In this document: piece by piece, positions 1 to 12,971 of the stretch
How positions within the stretch are numbered: position 1 is the stretch's first letter
Layout: each line of letters begins with the position of its first letter
Notes under the pieces: model-generated
Database searches by the model: none
What the model saw: the letters and a program-made list of their open reading frames with translations, nothing else
Told to the model about the DNA's origin: nothing
Source of the DNA: Laetmonice hystrix
Taxonomy: Eukaryota
DNA length: 64,000 nt
Assembly: GCA_965235115.1 (NCBI GenBank)
Contig: OZ249442.1
Coordinates: forward strand, 18,662,001-18,726,000
Reading direction: 5' to 3'
Translations under genes and position numbers: made by a program

Positions 1-3000
1 CTGGTCGACAAACGACGGCCGGCGGCACAGAGCACTACACACCCCACACCTTGCCAGATTTTAGCTGTGGAAACTGAACAAGGTGTCACTGGCAGGGTCC
101 CCCTGCCCCACTCGAAAGGTAATTATGTCGTTTTAATTGTTCTAATCACGCGTGTGAGGCGTTACAGCAAATGGGTCTGGTAATAAATCTTGCCAGGCGT
201 AAGGTTGACCGCCCATTTACATGCCACTATATGAACGTGTCCATTTGTATAATTTGGAAATGTCTTTTCTTGGTCACTGCTGAACTTTATGGAGTTGGAA
301 GAAGGCCCATTTATTATAAAGAAATAGCCATAATACTCTCACAATAATTTAAAACCACAGAATTTGTTCAAGTATGGTAAAATGTATATTTTATCTTCGC
401 ATGGTCTAAAGTACAGAAAGTATATGTGTAACAGTATCTCTGGAATTGTAGCTATATGGTACTCTTCTTTCATATTTGTTATTTTCACTCAGAATGATTG
501 TGTATCTCTTTGTATCGTAACGTACACCAACCTGAGCCATCTTGAGACTGATGAATCTTGATCTTCACCGGCTGCGCCCGTGTTTTCAATTAGTAATTTT
601 GTATGTCGTCCGCGTGGTTGGAAACACTTGATATCCCCGTTTTGGATATCGTGTGCGAATCGACACAAATCATTGACACAGATCGACTTATTTGGAGGTA
701 CATTATGTACATAGCAATTGTTTATTTGCAGCCATGATTTTTATGCCTTACAATCTGAGTTGTAGGAAGATAACCACTAAATACCGGTATTTATCTCACT
801 GTCTTTGCCTTGGTTTATCGCACCGAACACCGCTGTGATAAACTGCCCTTGGTGACCGTGGTTTTGACCAATCACGGACGGCCGAGCTTCACGAGGAAAT
901 AGAGAAGCTTGGATCGCTGGGTTGGCTCGTCTAATATAGAGGGCCCCAGGTCGAAATGTACAAATTCGGAGGTGGGGATGGGTGGCACTTTGTTTTAAGT
1001 TTCTTGTAACCTCTGCTATTTCTGGCCTTAAGCTTGGTGTGGTCCTTCAGCATCATTTGATAGGGGAGACGCTACATGCATGGATGCACAGGAAGATCGC
1101 ATGCAGCACTGCTCAGTCCATGTCAACTGAACTGACGCTTCATCATCGGACATGCTGGCCAGTTGTTCAAGGCTTACAGCCCTGCCTCTCGCAAGCTTCC
1201 CCAATTTTACCTATGATCTCAGCGGAATGACCTCCTAGTCTCTCATCATTGTTTAATCGCATCTCAGGGTCCACCAGTGGATCTGTTGCAGCTTCTGATC
1301 CGGCCGTCAAAGAAGCTGAAGCTGATGTGATCTTGGCAGCCTGATGGAGAAGAAGAAGTAAACTTGGCTTTGTATTATGCCTTGACATCAGTATCTTTGA
1401 CATCTGCCGTTGACCCTCCAAGACAACAATGTTCATGTTATCGTCCTTTTGTCCTCGATGAGTCTTGGAATTACGTAAGGGGGGTGTGACCTCCTGTCAG
1501 TTCATGATCACATTCTGCCTTTCGGGGGGTAAACTAATTCATTGTTACTATGTCAACTCCAAATCTTCTTTTCGGGCCGGGATGAAGTAGATTCTGTAAA
1601 AGCTTTAAGGGGCATAGTTCCAAGGAATTACATGATGGACGTAGGGGGGACATTGAATAGCCGAAGACCTAACTATAAACTGATTAGATGTGCATTTTTT
1701 TGTATTCTTATTATCTGCAAGACTTAAATATAGATGTAAAAATTGATAGTGACGGTCCTGGTGTAAATCAGATAATGGTAGGTCATTGCCATTCTGTCGG
1801 AGCTATACATCATTATAAATTTATACAACTGAAATATGACAGAGTCGTCGACTTTCAATCCATACAAAAGTAATGTTCATTCAATGAGCCAATGTCCAGA
1901 GGAAGTTAGAAGTAGATTAATGAGCAAGTTGAACTTTTAAAAAGTCTGAAGTAATAAACTGTAGAGGGAGAGAGAGAGTGAGAGGCGTGATTTTCAGGTG
2001 GAAGAATCCAAGTACATCTGAGTTAATGCTGATGAAATCTTGTGCCACAACCCAGAGGGTAATGATAACACCGCCCGGGTACGAAGATGTCTCACACATT
2101 CCTTGTGCTGCAGTAATTGGGATTGTTTTATGACACAAAGGGAGCAGACAACGCTGACTAAACTCATTTCACCCCACGTGAACACGAGCAGGTAGTTTTC
2201 ACCTGCCATATGACAGGTGAGAGCAAGAGGGCACATCCCGCCCCTCTCTCCATAGCCTTTCTTACACTTCAATCCAACACGGAAATTAGATGGCAGACAT
2301 AACCGTCGTACTCGGCAAGAAGTTTTGAAGACGCCAGATGAAAAGGATCAGAGGAATTAAAGTCTTGTGTTTCGTGATGTGATGTAAATTGCCCTTGCTG
2401 ATTGGACTCATCATTTTAGTTGTGACATACGCCCCACCTCATTGCATAGCCTTTAGTTACATGTACTGGTATTTCAGCGGTGTCACAAGATATCACATTT
2501 GTCTGAAGACCTATTGTCATCAAAGCTTTAGTGCTTGTATGGCTTGCATAGAGTGACACTGGGTCAGTCGCAAGTACTACAATTTCAAATGAAAGTGACT
2601 GTATATGAACCTAACCAAACTTCTGAGAATGCCACTACATAAAGGTGCTGGAAGATAGCCGAGTTAATTTAGCATTTTATGTGTATTGATGATTTTACGG
2701 GCTCCGCTTCCTATATGATGAGGACAAGCAATATCTCCATTAAGCTTTGCGTTGAGGCTTGAATAGAGGTCTATCATTAAGCGCCATTCAGTACAGATAC
2801 ACTTTCTGTTGAACTCTCCTACGGCGGTGAATGGTACAGGCGCAGGAGGACTGCAGATCCCATATTAAATACAATTACATACACAACACAGTTATGCCCT
2901 CAGCATGATTAATCCCTTTTGTCACTGAATATTGATGTCATGGAACACGGGTCACAACCTCTGCGGGGTCGTGACCTGGCGTATCAGATCGTCCTGCTCA

Positions 3001-3276
3001 TATGACTGTAGTGCATGGCAGGATTTGAGAATGTTAGATCCCAGTGAGATTTGATAGAGATCCATTGTCCTCCAATGGTTAGATTGATTGCTAGCTGGCC
3101 TAGGAAAAATGACCAGACCTATGCCCGATCTGTGTACTAGAAGATTCAAATTTATAAAGAACTCTACGAGTGCACATAACGTGTACGGGCTACGGGCAAA
3201 TTGAGGACACTTTTCACTGTTATTGTTCGTAAACAAAAGCCTCATCCATAATAGCTTTAAACTTTATTGCATATCA

Positions 3277-3428
3277 CCATAACTATTATTTTTAACGTAT
3301 AGTCCAAGCTGTTCATTTGGTGGATAAAAAAGTCAGTAGTTAACTACTTTAACCATAACTATTATTTTTAACGTATAGTCCAAGCTGTTCATTTGGTGGA
3401 TAAAAAAGTCAGTAGTTAACTACTTTAA
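3277..3428. repeat. Perfect tandem duplication of a 76-bp unit (2 copies)
   Basis: CCATAACTATTATTTTTAACG...AGTAGTTAACTACTTTAA at 3277-3352 is repeated identically at 3353-3428. Each copy contains the perfect 14-bp palindrome AGTAGTTAACTACT. Confidence 0.97.
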
Positions 3429-6133
3429 CACTCAGCATCCATACCAATAGTGCAATACTTGCCACTGTCCAAACTTTTACTCCCTGTCCCTGTATGGATA
3501 AAAACATACTAACCACTACTCGCTACCAATGATTTATAAATTAAAGTATGAGTTCATTGGAAGTATGTCATTTAATCTTAACAGTATTAATGCGAAATAG
3601 AGTGGCTGGATTCCTTACATGGAAGGACAGTGTCCTACAGGCCATAGGCCGATCTGCCATGTCAGGTGCCATCGGCTCATTATTGCGCCACCATGGCATG
3701 CATGATAGCCTGCATGCTTTACATTTAGTAGACAAAAAGATATGTGGATATTGGACTCTTTAGCTATAGGTGTTTAAACTTCAGGAACAGTACATGGGCA
3801 GGCTGTCAACACTGCATCGTGCCAGTTGAAATGGCTGAACCATTATGTTCATCAATTGTTCCGCGTTAAACGGATTCTGTACAGAAAGGACAATATGAGG
3901 TTTAAATTACCTTTAACTAAGCCTGTAAGGTGTAATATGGTCACATATTGTATTTCTACTTCGTAATGGCAAATTGAAATTGTTCATTAAGTTGTAATAT
4001 ACAATGGGTCCTCCAGTGTAATAAAACCGAAAGTTTTATCATGTAGAAATTTATAGATTACATATAACATTGGTGTGGCAGTTTTTACGCCATCATAACA
4101 GTGAGAAGGTTCGCTTTACAATATTTCTCTCACCCTGTCATGTCGGTGGGAATTATGTTCGAGAAAATTCATTACCATTGTGCTCCAAAGCCAATAGGCG
4201 TCATTGCCGTGGAGGAGATCATTCCACTATTCTCATCAATTGTATATAGAATTATCAGTGTTTTAATGATCTTGTCGGCGCTATTGGTTTCTGACTTCTA
4301 TTAGAGGCACAAATCTTTTTATGCTGCCCCGCGATGTGATGCTAGCATTTGCAAGTGTGATGGGTGAGGTGCCACAAGGAGCGCTTGTGGGCACCGTTCC
4401 GCCTGCCAGTTGTCACCGGCTGCTCCAGCACCCCGTCAGCAAAGAGAGCCCTTTAAGATTCCGTGCACACGCTGACAAAGTCCACGTTTACACCGTTGAT
4501 GTCGATTTCAGCACCGATGGCCATTACATCGAGTCCTTGCAGCTATCTGCCACTCCCTCTGAATCATGCCCGCACTTTTTCAGCTTTTGGCCCACTCAGT
4601 CATCAGATGGCAATGGAGTCACCTCTGTGGCCGGGAGAGCCAGGCTGGCCCCATTACACATAGCAGTGCAATTAAAATTGTGTTATAGGTAAAGGCAAAG
4701 CTATGGCAGGGCACTAGTTATCGAGGCTTTGTACTTAATGCAAAACTAATCTCAATGCAAATGGAATGGTCGCAGCCAGACAGGTCAAAAATCAGATGCA
4801 ATTGCATTCGGAGCAAGATCAGTCCAACCCGTCAGCTGAGATGAAATTCCAGCATGAATATTTTTCATTACTGTTGAAACCTAGGATCTTTGCTGTGATC
4901 TCATGATTATCAGTCGAAATAAACGAACGCGCTTCGATCCCGCCCAATCTTGGTGCATTTTATCAGCCAGACTTCTTGATTCGAGGCCAGTGTCCGCACG
5001 AAATCAGATTGCAGCAAACATTTTCATTATTTTCCCCCATGCGCACTTTGGGTGATAATTACCCTGAGAGCAGCGGCTGAAAGACGTCACTTGTTCCTCT
5101 GGAAATATGTGATTTCCTGCCATCCGAGGCCAGCCCTGGGAGGCGGTGCCTGACTTTTGCCTGCAGTGGGACTGGTACATTGATTATCATTTGGCTTGTT
5201 AATTGGGCATGTCTCTGTGGGCCGGACTGTTTGTTATCTTACCGTGCAGTCCTTTCATGTGCCTGTCAAGACACCGATGGTCGTTTCACTCTGCAGGCTG
5301 CAGCAGCTTCACCCGGTGGCCCATTAATCTCAGCATTTTTCCTCTCACCGAATTGTTAAATTGTCCCTGCTCAAGAATGTTGGCTGCTGGACACTGACAG
5401 CAGACTGTGGGAGACCGGATGGGTTGGCTGCGGGAAGCTGTCTCCATGCCGCTGACCACAGCTGTACCCGAGGAGTTGGATTGTGTCTTGAATGACAATG
5501 TCTCGCGCAATGAATGACAGCATCAGAAGTTACATTTTAATTGAGTTTTTGCTCATAGCCTTGGTCTCTGGGTGTTCTCTTGTGCCCCAGGTGAATGTTA
5601 CTGCTTTCTAGTTTGTTTTGTGGAGACTTTCAGAAGAAGATGTTATCAGACGACAGGAAACGCAGTAAGATAATGGTGCTACTGTGAGCAGAGGTGCCAT
5701 GAATGCCTCGAGATGCAAGCATTTGGTGTTGATAATGGAGGTTTTCAAAAGTACTGTTTGAAGGGTTAAACAGTAAAAATCGTGGAATTAGTCCGTAAGT
5801 CTGCTGCAAACCCTGCCGAAAACTTCTGTATTAGAAAGAAATTATGAGTTTTTCAACAGCTATAACTTTCTGCTGTGCAAAATATGTTTCAAGGGTGAAT
5901 GGCATAGGGGATCAGACCTTCAGAAAGATTCATATTAATCTTGAAAAAGTAAATGACCACCAGACCGCCCATTTCATGTAAATTTGTTCCACATTCCTTT
6001 ACATACCATGCACAGTTTCAGTAACGCATGCGGTGTCCACGAGAGGGAGTTGGAATCAGAGTATGTGGTCTGGAGAACTGCGGTCTGGAGAACTGCTGAG
6101 ATGTGTCACCACCGCTGACAGCTGGTGGGCCCC

Positions 6134-6554
6134 CGTCCGGTTATACCTGCATAACGTTCCCACGAAATTGGAGGTAGTGGGTGGGGTTAGGGGTTAGAAG
6201 AACCTCACATCTATCACTACCATTAATCCCAGACCAAACCCGGACCTCCTACCCCTGGTCCCCAGACGACCTCAATATACAAATGCCCTAACCCTAGCCC
6301 TAGCACTGCCCCTAACCCTCACCCAATATACAATGCCTAGCCCTAGCACTGCCCCTAACCCTCACCCAATATACAAATGCCTAGCACTGCCCCTAACTCT
6401 CACCCAATATGCAATGCCTAGCCCTAGCACTGCCCCTAAGCCTCACCACTATACAAATGCCTAGCCCTAGCACTGCCCCTAACCCTAACCCAACATACAA
6501 ATCCCCAGCCCTAGACCCTATCTTGGCAATATGACCATGGAGTAATAACCGGTC
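6134..6554. mobile_element. Non-autonomous element (family A) with an internal CCCTA(A/G) telomere-like minisatellite
   Basis: Degenerate terminal inverted repeats (GTCCGGTTATAC at 6134; ATAACCGGTC ending 6554). About 5-6 copies of a ~45-bp unit (AATGCCTAGCCCTAGCACTGCCCCTAACCCTCACCCAATATAC) at ~6273-6520. The reverse complement of 6215-6300 aligns by eye with 53161-53260 and resembles 42560-42660. Confidence 0.65.
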
Positions 6555-8039
6555 AAGGCTGTCTCAGACGGTCACGTTGACTGACTCCATGTGTGTCACA
6601 CAGGTCAGAGCACCACGGATCGGTTCCTCTGTCTTTGAGAAACAAACATTTCATTAAAGCAGCGTCGTTCCTTCTCATGGTTTCCATGATGAAAGGACAG
6701 CTCACTTTAACCGGGTACAGATGCGAATATCATCAGCTGGGTTTTGAATGCATTACGGGCGGCTTGTTAGTGGTATGATGAATCACAAACTAATGAGAGT
6801 TTTTTCGTTAAGAGCATTACGTTCTGTCTGGTTTGCATAAAGCGTTTCAAATTTTAATCAGAAGATATTTGAAAATCAGTTGTCTGTTAACACACTGGGG
6901 ATTAAAAACCCTGGCACAGGCTGCAATGCCTGAATACTGAAATTAACACTTCTGAGCCGCAATTTGCGCCCGGAAAGATATTTGACAGATAAACGTATGC
7001 ATTTTAATTCGGCTTCTTTGAACCGCCATACTCTATCTGTCCTTGTATTAAGATGTCAGAGATAAACACGTAAGATTTGAGGCATTGCGCCATAGATTTG
7101 AAATTAAAATCATGATGAGGGTGGGCCATCATCCATGGAGCTGCGACGACTTAATTTGGGTGCTCAATGTGTATGCAAATGGCCAATTGTTTTTATCGGA
7201 GGCGTTTCATGGGAGGGCTTTGCCGCACGTCCCCGTACAGATTTGAGGCAATAATAGTGATTGAGGCGAGAAGCACAGCATCGCTCAACAAAAGATTATT
7301 GATGGCAAAGTTTGGACATCATTCATGCAATTATTGAGAACAGTCAGACGAAAGCTGATTAGTTATTGCCTTGACGAAAAGTAACCTCCATTTCTTACAT
7401 TATTGTTAATGTGGTAAATTTCGTGTATATGTGGGTCACAGTACATGTAGAAGATTCTGAAAACCTGTGAAAAAAGGGCCGCTTTAAAGGCTGTAACTTC
7501 GTGATTAATACGTGGGTCGGGCTGAAAGAGCACAGTTAGAAAAGTTATTTCAAAGAAAAACTTAGTATGACAGAGTTTTCTCAGTCGTTGTCCAGAAGTA
7601 TGAGTCACGGTGGAGGTTTAATTACAAATTGGATATTTGAAATGTTCCTAAGAAACCTAAAAATAAGATGGAATAGAGCTGTAGAACTACATGAAATGAC
7701 CTGCCCTCTGAAAAATAACTTAATATGCTCTCTAACTCAGATTATTCATTGTTAAGAAGTGGATTTTAATTGGTTCAGTTCTCTGAAAACTCAATGGTAG
7801 TATTGGTAAACAAATGTTATCGATGGTGATAATAGAATATATGATGCCCATGTACAGGAACGGATGGATGACAAATCAATGGAAGCAGTTAGTTATATAG
7901 CAGAGTAACAATCAAATTCAAATATATCCAGGTAGGCCTACTGATTATAGCCCATACGTACTACAAATCCTAAGGATTTTTAAATAAATGATGTCCTAAC
8001 ACTTGGAGAAACAAGATTTGCTTTGGAGGAGACATGATC

Positions 8040-8200
8040 TTGACTGTAGTCATACAAATGAAACGAAACACCCCATTTATACGAAAAAGGACGAGTGTTT
8101 CAATAGGACTTTGGTCTTTTCACTATCTGAGGCCAAAAGCTACAGTCGTCTTTGGAAATATCTACATTGGCAACATCTGTGTAAGAGATACTGGTATTTT
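8040..8200 (+). mobile_element. Decayed 3' tail of an L2/Crack/CR1-type LINE ORF2
   Basis: RTSVSIGLWSFHYLRPK (8088-8138), then RLWKYL in a shifted frame (8147-8164), resemble the LINE ORF2 C-terminal motif RTxxGxxSFxYxGPKLWNxLP. Confidence 0.4.
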
Positions 8201-8443
8201 ATACAATATTATTAGTCGACCTTAATAAAGTCTGCCCTAGTTCTCATACATTAAGCAAGATTGTTAGTACATTTCTCGCCATTGCACACGATCCAGAGTT
8301 ATTTTCAGAGAGACCAGAGAAACTAGAGTGAGGAAACTGTTGTTCTCTATCACCGTTTGTCCAGATTACGTTTTACATATCACAGCACACTACTGTCCGT
8401 GAAGATGGGCTCCAATCCAGGACGGCTTTGAATATTTTACCAT

Positions 8444-8515
8444 CAGAAACTCTTACTCATATGCACAATTTCTGGAGGCAGAAGTATTCATGTGCAAATG
8501 AGTAGAGAGTATCTG
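8444..8515. ncRNA. Pre-miRNA-shaped hairpin (candidate; strand unknown)
   Basis: Arms 8444-8467 and 8491-8515 pair at 22 of 24 positions (two A.A mismatches, one G bulge). The 23-nt loop can form a further 7-bp stem. Confidence 0.35.
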
Positions 8516-10191
8516 CCAGAAATTAGTCAGCAATTAAGCATGGTGCATGAAATTAAGTGTGTTCTTGATCCTCAGTTGACAATATCTCTGCTGCACAGAC
8601 CGGATTAACAAATACAGCCTATTGACAAAAAGCTTCTGATGAGGATTAGATCATACATGTTTCATTATCAGCATTCACATTCCTTTCTCTTGCCTGTCCC
8701 GCCTTGCCGACCAAACCAGCATCCCAGTCCCACACTGCCCACCAGCCTCACCCCATGATCTCACAAAGCCTGCAAAGCGCCACGCTGGCGTCTCTCCCCA
8801 CTTTTTGATGAGTATCATTTATGTATGTTTATTTCCCTGTTGATGTGATCCCTTCTTCATGTTTAATAATTGAGACTGCCCCTATTGTCTTCTTTGTTGA
8901 TGGTGGACAGGGAGTTTTTACCTGTCTGCAGGTTAAGCGAGAGTGATCGCAGCGCGATAATTACAGAAACTGTCATCAGATACTGGCCGCCATACACGGG
9001 AGGTGTACGATAGTGTGCATCTCCATTTCCCTCCATTTATGTTGCACCCCTCTGACAGCAAGGATAATAGTCTAATTCATAAAGCAGGTTGGAGGTTTGC
9101 TTGCCCACGCTCTCTGTCTCACTGTCTCTGATGGATATATGTCCTTGAGTTGATACGACCAGAAGTGGTCGGGAAAGCATGCGTTACATTAGTACCCCGC
9201 ACTACACTCCACCATTACAGCACACCTGAACCCTGATGGGGAGCACGGCATATTATATTGTTTTAATGCATTTTCCCAGAGTTTATTATGTGCATGGCCT
9301 TGAGCCGTGATCCAGTGGATTGGCGCATTAGGCAAATAGCAGGGTGGCCTGCCATTCTCAGGTAAACACCATTCACTTGGCACTTTGCAGAGAGCCGCCT
9401 TTCAAACCATGCCACCTCTTAGCCTAATGGGGATGGGGCTATTAGGAAATAGCATGTAGGCAGTCCTAATTAGAGTGAGCTTACAATAAATAAATTAATG
9501 CCTTCTCCTTACAGGTGTCATCTGCAACAATAAAGCCTCCGATAGATGCCCCTGAGGAAGAGGTGTTGTGGCAAGTTCAACGTTTAAAGTTCTAATCGCG
9601 TTAGCATTATGGGTGAATGTGGGCCCCAGCTTCTATGCAATATATGAAAAAAATTGCCTTGAGTATCACAAGTCAAGATTGCATTTAAACAAGACGCTAA
9701 TCTCTGGCACTTTGATAGAGGGCATTAGTGTGTAAAATTAGCAGCCTATTTGCATTTTAAGAGAATATGGTTGTGATCGGGCAGAAAATTGAAGGGAGCA
9801 GGAAGAATTAGTTCAGGATTCATCTATAGTTTTTCTGTCTTGACAGCCCTTGGATGCTGCTGTCCTTGAAGAGTAGCTTCTGACTGCAAACTCTAGGGGA
9901 ATTTTTTAAGCCACAAAACATGACTGTCTCAGAGGGAAAAATGATAACCCTTAAAGCTATATTGAACAGCAGCTTATAATAAAGTGCGATACATGTATAG
10001 ATAGTAAAGTGTTACTATATGTAAATATCCATTGTCTGACACCCGATGGTAATAATTATGGTCTCGATGTTTGGATGTTTATGGAGTACACCCCGGGAAA
10101 TATATGGTCCATGTGACTTGGAAAGGAAATCAGAAACCGCTAGATGTTCTTTCCCTACGACCCCCCCCCCCCCCATATCAAAATTGTGATG

Positions 10192-10435
10192 CAGGGGCAT
10201 ATCTAGGAAGTACCTTCAAGTGAAAGACGTATAGTGATCTGGACATTAGCGGAAGTCTTTCAAAAATACCTAAAGAACATAAGTTTCTTTGAGACTGATT
10301 CATGTTAAGGATCGCGTTCAGGGGGCCTGGACCCAATTTTAAGCCACTTTTGTCTTTTTTACTTATACACTTTGCTTACCTGCCACCTTTCGCTCTCGGA
10401 TCCGGCCCCATTTTGTAATCCTGGATCTGCCCCTG
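10192..10435. mobile_element. MITE with 17-bp TIRs (CAGGGGCA[T/G]ATC[T/C]AGGA), Harbinger/hAT-like ends
   Basis: CAGGGGCATATCTAGGA (10192-10208) and TCCTGGATCTGCCCCTG (10419-10435) are inverted repeats with 2 mismatches. No clear TSD. Confidence 0.8.
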
Positions 10436-12971
10436 AAGTTATCTACCAAAGTCATGGAAAACTAATGACGCCATGTCCTGAAAATAGAAGTCGTACTTGT
10501 AATATTCCTTCAAACCTATTGACCTTGCTTCACATGACCTATTCATTTTTGCTTCACGTATAACTTCAAAAGTATAGAAGGTGAAGTTGGCACTTAGATA
10601 ACGTATATAATAGATGCCACTTTGCGCGCAACGGGCTCATTCTGCATGTTATACATGTCTACAAGGAACTTGGCATGTATAACGTAAATTAATCACTTTT
10701 GGCAACATTCTCCAAATAGACCATGCCTCATATATCAGAGTGGACCTAATGCACCATTAATATATGCCAGAAACACCTCTAGCTATCCCCACGGTAGACT
10801 ATATACCAATATAAACGAGCCATTACGCAGGAACACGTGAAGACTAAAAATATTAAAGTGACGTGATCTTACACTGGTGCATCATATGGTAAGTACAAAT
10901 CGCAATGAAGGCAGGCTGAGTATATCCCTCAGCTGCAGCAAGAACATATCAAGATTCATAATCTAGAGTTCATAGGGTTAAAATAGAATTAATTGGTCAG
11001 TCAAGATAGGTGGAGAAATACCAATCCCTGGTGGCTCTCCTTACAGTACTGGCACTTCTTGAGGGAGGAACTCAACTGTATCCATATTTGCATACACATT
11101 ACCCCAATGAGGTTTCCTCATCATCAGTATTCAGATTAATCGTTCAAAGAAATTACTTTCAGCCTTTATCATGCAAATTGGATTAAATCTTTTCCAAAAG
11201 TAAGTTATTATTTTATATTTCTGAAATGAAAGATTACAAATGAGTGTGAGTTAGTTGGAAAAGTGACAGGAGGTAATTATCATACTGCCTTCGTTAAAAA
11301 TTCCTATGGTAATTGTAATTTTTTAGCTGTCTTCTCATATTTCAATACAAAGCCTAGGCAGATCAGTCTGATTGGTTTTAATGATTTATCGTCATTTGAA
11401 TATTCTGTTTTATTCCCAATTGTAACTGTTAGTTTTTCGTTCCAGAAAACATATTTATGGTAATAATAGCAATTAGGTTGCAAATCGCATGCAGCCAATG
11501 CAAATTACTCTGATTCGGTTGAAACCTTATGAAACGCAAGAAGCACCATGGACTTCAAGCAAGATATCATGTAAGGAATTCTACATGTATCCGCTAATTG
11601 GGCGTACTCCCATGAGTAACCAAATTAATAAGCACCGACAGTTTGACGTGCTTTGATGGACATTTCTCATTTACCACATGACTCCATTGGCTTGAATGAT
11701 AATTCACCATTTTTTGACCCAACCACGTCAGGCTGTAATGGGTGAGGGTTGCAGATGGTGGAGGAAGGACAGGGGAGCTGGTCGAAATAAGCACCAGATT
11801 TTTTTGTTTTGACTGAGAGACGGCTCCTTAACTTTCAATGATCTGTGTTTTAAAGACCAAAACTCGGAAATTTACAAGGTGTGTAACCAGAGCTCCCTTC
11901 ACAGTGATGGTTTTTATTTCTTCTTACGTGCAAATGGGGATCCTCTGAGGTTTCACGGTAGTCAGTAAATGCCGTCGTTATACCTGATCGGTGAAGATCT
12001 TTATTATTAGAGTTTCACAAAGTAAGGCCGTTCAATAAGCCCTATATATCACTTCGGTAGACTGTGGCAGGGCCATGACAGGTTCTCCCGATATCTGTGT
12101 ATTAAGACAAATATGAATTGTTGAGATAGGAACTTCACTCGTATGTAGAGTTGAAATCGACCTGCATAGACGGGTTTATGTAGAGCAGCGTGATTATCAC
12201 AAATCCTCACCCACATCCGACTGGATCTATTCAGCACTGTCAGTTCCTATAGCAGCGATGAAAGTAAAGAAATCCGTACCTTGTCTGTAGTATTTACGGT
12301 CATGTTTTTACTGGTAATATCTGTGGATAAATCCTCTCTGCCTTACGGACTCATGATCCTCATCTTCTTTCTCCCATCGAACTTTCGATATGGCTCTTTC
12401 TTGGAAATTACGGTATGGCCTGGAAGTGGTCATTCTATAGGTTATGAAGTTTAATTTCCGTTTAGGTTGTCTTTAAGAATCTAAGCATGACGGAGAAAAA
12501 GATTCACGAGGATCAGCAGTGGGTGCGGCACTGTTACAGAGGAACCGTAAAAATGGTAATGACTTTTCCCTAAGCTTATGTTACTTTCTTCTGACATTCA
12601 TTATCATTGTAAGGTAAAGGAGGTATAAGACAGAGCTGGTATTTGCCTGCAGCTATTGCCTATTCCTGAGCGAAAACATGCCTTCAGTGCTCGGCCCTGC
12701 GCTGTGCTCGTTACCAAACTTCATTAGGTCCACGTTAAGAGGCATAATGCATTACATGGCAATTAACCTAACATAGTGCGTCATTTGGCGCCGTCAGCAT
12801 GATCATGTCAATTACGGCAATGTATGTAATGATACACTGTATCGGTGCAGCACGTAATTACGACATAAGTAGACTAGTGTTTGATAGCTGCAGTGACCCG
12901 CTGGTTATTTCGACTTATTAGTACACACTAGGCACTTGGTTAATGGTATATAATGAGTTAGGCCTGCACTT

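Noticed and set aside
960-2400. Coding-looking stretch with several 60-90 aa ORFs (e.g. DVILAA*WRRRSKLGF)
   Set aside because: May be a decayed transposon, but I could not assemble collinear family motifs.
5628-5667. Other short AG...GT exon candidates (5.6 kb +, 12.3-12.4 kb -, 13.9 kb +, 27.0 kb -, 61.1 kb -)
   Set aside because: Splice signals of this quality occur by chance in 64 kb, and the peptides are unrecognisable and do not join consistently.
11105-11135. Minus-strand CTGATGA-TGAG-GAAA as a hammerhead
   Set aside because: No helix II closing pair and no helix I or III.
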